This document shows, piece after piece, positions 60,298-64,000 of a stretch of 64,000 nt of DNA; within the stretch, counting starts at the first letter, position 1, and each line of letters opens with the position of its first letter. Source of the stretch: Candidatus Latescibacterota bacterium (GTDB lineage: Bacteria; Latescibacterota; UBA2968); assembly GCA_965204375.1 (NCBI GenBank), contig OZ241986.1, positions 896,001 through 960,000 on the forward strand. Direction: 5' to 3'. Position numbers and translations under genes: made by a program. The notes under the pieces were generated by a model. The model had not been told where the DNA came from. It made no database searches and saw only the letters and a list, made by a program, of their open reading frames with translations.

Positions 60298-61257
60298 TCA
60301 GTTGCGGCGTTCCCAGGGGAAGAGGTAGTGACCGATGAAGCGCAGGATCTGATCGGTGGTAAGGCCGATAATGCCGATCATGACAATGGCCGCAAAGACG
60401 TTATCGTAATTGCGGTATTTGGCCTGCTGATTGATAAACCACGAAATGCCCGAAGACGCGCCGATGAGTTCGGCAACAATGAGGTAGGTCCAGGCCCAGC
60501 CCAGGAGAATGCGCATGTCGCGGTAGAGGTTGGGCAAGATGCCGGGTACAATGACGTGGAAGATCAGTTTTTTTGAGGTCGCGCCCAGAGTCTGGGCGGC
60601 TTCAAGTAGGGATTTGTCCAGCAACCGCGTGGTGTTGCCGACCACGAGCACCATCTGAAAGAAGGTGCCGATAAAGATAATGGCCACTTTGGGCGCATCG
60701 GCGATGCCTAAAAAGGCGACCATGAGGGCACCAAAAGCCGGGGCGGGCATGTAGCGGATGAAGTCGATAAAGGGCTCGATAATGCGTGTGAAAAAGGCAA
60801 AGGTGCCACATAGAATACCGAGGGGCACGCCGAGGATGGCGGACAGGGTGAATCCGTAGAAGATGACGGTGATGCTGTGCAGAATGCTTTGGTGTAGCCA
60901 GGGATCATTGCGCCGGATGGGGGCGGTTTGAAAGGCTGTGATAAAAGCCTGGACGACCTGATGCGGGGCTGGCAAGTAAATGGGGTTAGCCAGCTCGCCC
61001 CGCGCTTCTGATTCGCCTTCTTCGCGCATGAACGCATTTTCTTTGTTGAATATCTCCCGGTCAACCAGCATGTCTTTTTGAAAGTAGGCCACCCCTCCCG
61101 GATCGCTGATGAGCACCATCGGATGCCAGATCCAGGGCGTGTAACTCACCAGGCTCCAGATACCTAGCGGCAACAAAAAGGAGCACAGACCCAAAAGCCA
61201 ACTCCTCTGACCAGACAGATCTTTGCGAATCGCAAACCAGTGTTTTCTCACATTCAT
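60298..61257 (-). CDS. NitT/TauT-family ABC transporter permease
   Basis: YLPAP, FIRYMPAPAF, EAAQTLGA and WTYLIVAEL motifs. Confidence 0.92.
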   Translation of the reverse strand: MNVRKHWFAIRKDLSGQRSWLLGLCSFLLPLGIWSLVSYTPWIWHPMVLISDPGGVAYFQKDMLVDREIFNKENAFMREEGESEARGELANPIYLPAPHQVVQAFITAFQTAPIRRNDPWLHQSILHSITVIFYGFTLSAILGVPLGILCGTFAFFTRIIEPFIDFIRYMPAPAFGALMVAFLGIADAPKVAIIFIGTFFQMVLVVGNTTRLLDKSLLEAAQTLGATSKKLIFHVIVPGILPNLYRDMRILLGWAWTYLIVAELIGASSGISWFINQQAKYRNYDNVFAAIVMIGIIGLTTDQILRFIGHYLFPWERRN

Positions 61258-61333
61258 AAAAAGCTCTGATTAAATAAACGACAACGGAGACAAATATTTC
61301 TCTCGTCATGGGAGAAGGGTGTTTAAGGGCCTC

Positions 61334-63190
61334 CTAAGCAAATTTCATTTTTAAAGCGTCGTCGATCTCGTTTTCACAAGCCATGGCCGGAAGCCCCAGT
61401 TCGCGTTCGACCACATCAAAGAAGGCACTTTTTCGAACATTCTGACCCTGAAGGCGGCTGGCCAGTACATCGGCCCCGGGCAGGCCGTGGCTGAGGGTGA
61501 TCAGGCCGGGATTGGGGATCAGGTCATAGTGCCCCCAGCGGCTTCGGTAAAGGCCCTGACGGTTCCAGCGGATGGCTACGTTAAGGGCTTCAACCAGGCC
61601 GAAGGGATTGAAGAGGGTGCTGTAAATTTTGGCCATTTCACAACACACACGGGCAAAATAGGTGATATTAGGACCGTGCCAGGCTGCTCTTAAAGGGGCG
61701 GGTATGAGGCCGAAGCAATTGGAGATGGACAGGCGTGTGTGACCTTTGAACCGGGCGAAGGAGATGAAATCATTACTGGCGTAGTCGAGTAAGAGTTTTG
61801 GTATAAATCGGCAGAGTTCGGGGTGATAGGATTTGTGTCCGGCCTCTTCGAGGTGCCCAGCTATGTCGGAGGGATTGGCACATTGGCCGTCCCAATAGGC
61901 CTCGGTGACGTTGAGATAGTGGGCATTGTGGTGGTCAATAACGTCCTGGAGGCCAGTGCGTTTGAGGTATTCTTGATCTTGATCGCGAATCCAGGTGCGA
62001 TGGGCTTTGCTTTCCGTTTTCCAGTCCCAGGAGGTTCCGCCCAGATTTCGTCCTACAGTATGGCCTTCTAAGATTACGGCCCGACCGGGCAGAGCCGACA
62101 GAAGTTTGTCGAGGGCAATGGGGTCGGTGTAGGTACCGGTGGCATATCCATGCCAGGTGACTTTGACGAAGGCGGGGTCTGAGGTGATGCCAAAACTTTG
62201 AAAGAGGCGGGATAAAGCGTCAGTGTCGTGGATTTCGGCGATGGTGGCACCCTGATAGGTGTGCGTGTGGGGCACGGGGCCTTCGATATCTCGGATTGGC
62301 AAAGTGCCGTCGGGACCGTGGATACAACTTACAGGTTGGGCGTTTTTGTTGTGCTTGGGCGAAGGGGTGCGTTTTGCAGTTTTTTCGCGGTGGGCGTTCC
62401 ATAGAGCGGACAAACGCTGTTGCATCCATGCTGAGAGGTGTGCTGTGAGGCCCAGTGAATTGCAGAGAATCCAGGTGTCGGCGAGGGGATGCTTTTTGCA
62501 GAAATCTTTGTAGATAATCCGGGTATATTCTGCATGGTCGTCTTCAAATAGGAGATAGGGGGCCAGGATCCAGCGATACGGTGTTTGCGCCGCACAGGCA
62601 AGTTGCTCGGGCAGGGGTGTTTTTTCGTGGCGTAAGAATGCCACGTCCGCTTGTGCCAGACTCAAGTGTTCCCAGAGCAAGCGCATCAATTGATAGGATT
62701 TTGCACGGCCTACCGGATCGCCGTGTCCACTGGCGACGAGCATCAGGGCGGTGTTTTGAGGCAATGTGTTGGTGTGGTGCAGGCGGGTGCAGATGTGATC
62801 GACAAAGGCCTGGATCAACAAGGGATGGCAGGGGTCTGGATCGTCGTAGAAGATATTCATATCCGGATGGTCCCTGCGGGTCTGATTGATGGTTTCTATA
62901 AAGATGGTTTTCTGATCGATGCTGAAGTCCAGCAAGAGGGGCAGTATAAAGACAGCACTGGCACCGTCTTGATGGCAGGCCTGGAGATGTTCGGGCAGAT
63001 CGCCTCCGGTCCATTGCCCGGCGGGAGGTAGAGACGCACAGGTAATAGAAGGGGTAAATCCCAGGATTGGAGCGCATGTTTCGCTCAGAGCCTGGCAGAG
63101 GGCTTGGGGCTCGTTCAGACGGTTCGAGCAGGTGTCGGTCAGGAGGACAAACACAGGAGGCCCCCTATGTGTGTGGTTACTGGATGCCAC
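61334..63190 (-). CDS. CbiX/SirB chelatase-like tandem domains fused to a DUF362-like domain
   Basis: VFILPLLL, HPLL, LMLVASG, VAFL and LAPYLLF (CbiX-like); FVKV..TDP..LEG..FISFARFK..LSISNCFGLIP..HG (DUF362-like). Confidence 0.6.
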   Translation of the reverse strand: MASSNHTHRGPPVFVLLTDTCSNRLNEPQALCQALSETCAPILGFTPSITCASLPPAGQWTGGDLPEHLQACHQDGASAVFILPLLLDFSIDQKTIFIETINQTRRDHPDMNIFYDDPDPCHPLLIQAFVDHICTRLHHTNTLPQNTALMLVASGHGDPVGRAKSYQLMRLLWEHLSLAQADVAFLRHEKTPLPEQLACAAQTPYRWILAPYLLFEDDHAEYTRIIYKDFCKKHPLADTWILCNSLGLTAHLSAWMQQRLSALWNAHREKTAKRTPSPKHNKNAQPVSCIHGPDGTLPIRDIEGPVPHTHTYQGATIAEIHDTDALSRLFQSFGITSDPAFVKVTWHGYATGTYTDPIALDKLLSALPGRAVILEGHTVGRNLGGTSWDWKTESKAHRTWIRDQDQEYLKRTGLQDVIDHHNAHYLNVTEAYWDGQCANPSDIAGHLEEAGHKSYHPELCRFIPKLLLDYASNDFISFARFKGHTRLSISNCFGLIPAPLRAAWHGPNITYFARVCCEMAKIYSTLFNPFGLVEALNVAIRWNRQGLYRSRWGHYDLIPNPGLITLSHGLPGADVLASRLQGQNVRKSAFFDVVERELGLPAMACENEIDDALKMKFA

Positions 63191-63196
63191 GGGGCT

Positions 63197-64000
63197 TTAT
63201 TCCGATTCGAGTTTGCCGCCAATCCGGTCGTATTTTACCAGGGTGGCCAGGGTGTCCATCATGGCGCGAACGCCCAACAGGGCCGTAATGTCGGAGATGT
63301 CGTAGGGCGGAGCGACTTCGACAACTTCCATGGCGGCGATGCCTTCTTTGGCAATACCACGGAGCAGGGATAGGGCTTCTCTGGGTAGATATCCGCCGGG
63401 CTCTGGCCAGCCTGTGCCGGGTACAAAACCGGCATCTACGGAGTCGATGTCGAAGGAGAGATATACAGCACTGGCACCTTTCCAGGCCACTTCGAGGGCG
63501 ATTTCGAGGGTTTTGTCAATACCGAGGGTTTCGACATCGTCGATGGTGAGCACGGTTGAGCGCATGGTGCGGCCGTGGCGCACCCCCGTTCTGGGTACCT
63601 GCCAGCCACCAATGCCCAATTGGACCAGATTGGTGGGGGGGCAGTTGGGGATATTGGTGGCATGGAACCAGGGACAGGTGTGCATGATTTCGTCCATGTC
63701 TTTTTCCTGGGTGTCCACATGGCGGTCCAGATGGATGATGCCGACTTTGCCTTCGACGCATTCGGCCACGCCGCGCACACAGGGATAACCGATGGAGTGG
63801 TCGCCCCCCATGATCATGGGCAAAGCCCCGCTGGAAAGGATATGGGCAACGCCTTTGGTAATTTGGTCGTGCCCTTTGGTGATATTGGCGGGACAGAAAA
63901 TATCTCCGATGTCACACATTTTGAGAGATTCGCGCAGGTCAATGCCGAGTTCAAAATTATAGGGGGTGTACAGGGAAGATATCCGGCGCATGCCCTGTGG
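63197..64000 (-). CDS. gdmH: Ureohydrolase, guanidine hydrolase (GdmH)-like; 5' end lies outside the window
   Basis: GGDHSIG, DRHVDTQE, MHTCPWFHATN, GIGGWQVPR and SFDIDS..GTGWPEPGG closely match my recollection of cyanobacterial GdmH (Sll1077). Confidence 0.75.
   Translation of the reverse strand, partial: PQGMRRISSLYTPYNFELGIDLRESLKMCDIGDIFCPANITKGHDQITKGVAHILSSGALPMIMGGDHSIGYPCVRGVAECVEGKVGIIHLDRHVDTQEKDMDEIMHTCPWFHATNIPNCPPTNLVQLGIGGWQVPRTGVRHGRTMRSTVLTIDDVETLGIDKTLEIALEVAWKGASAVYLSFDIDSVDAGFVPGTGWPEPGGYLPREALSLLRGIAKEGIAAMEVVEVAPPYDISDITALLGVRAMMDTLATLVKYDRIGGKLESE

Noticed and set aside
1-64000. CRISPR array or cas genes
   Set aside because: No regularly spaced repeats and no cas-like ORFs were seen.
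63197-64000. Plain agmatinase call, and a guanidine riboswitch
   Set aside because: The motifs fit the GdmH clade better than SpeB. Any riboswitch would lie upstream, outside the window.

Overview
A gene-dense, mostly minus-strand bacterial region. Its content resembles marine heterotrophs such as Latescibacterota or Poribacteria, but that is an inference and the taxon cannot be read from the sequence. About 59 kb is a mosaic catabolic array: 12 intact Cys-type sulfatases, 5 intact PhyH-like Fe/2OG dioxygenases, 3 aldo/keto reductases, 2 carbon-nitrogen hydrolases, several glycoside hydrolase/lyase-like proteins, an RND efflux system, a LacI regulator and a DUF4143 ATPase. Base composition visibly changes from gene to gene. 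The last 5 kb is an operon with a guanidine hydrolase (GdmH)-like ureohydrolase, a CbiX-DUF362 fusion and NitT/TauT ABC genes. Two things stand out. (1) The short intergenic spacers are often remnants of genes: head-plus-tail deletion scars, orphan starts and orphan tails. Several match intact genes elsewhere in the window but differ mainly at synonymous sites, and some join exactly at a stop codon through microhomology. One site occurs both filled and empty of a single sulfatase gene (GATGT repeat). Two tRNA 3'-fragments sit at the strand-divergence points, and no integrase or transposase is visible. (2) The GdmH-like gene is followed by a CbiX-DUF362 fusion rather than the HypA/HypB-type nickel chaperones of the cyanobacterial operon, which makes it a candidate alternative metal-maturation factor. 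All family calls come from motif recognition by eye; no database searches were run.
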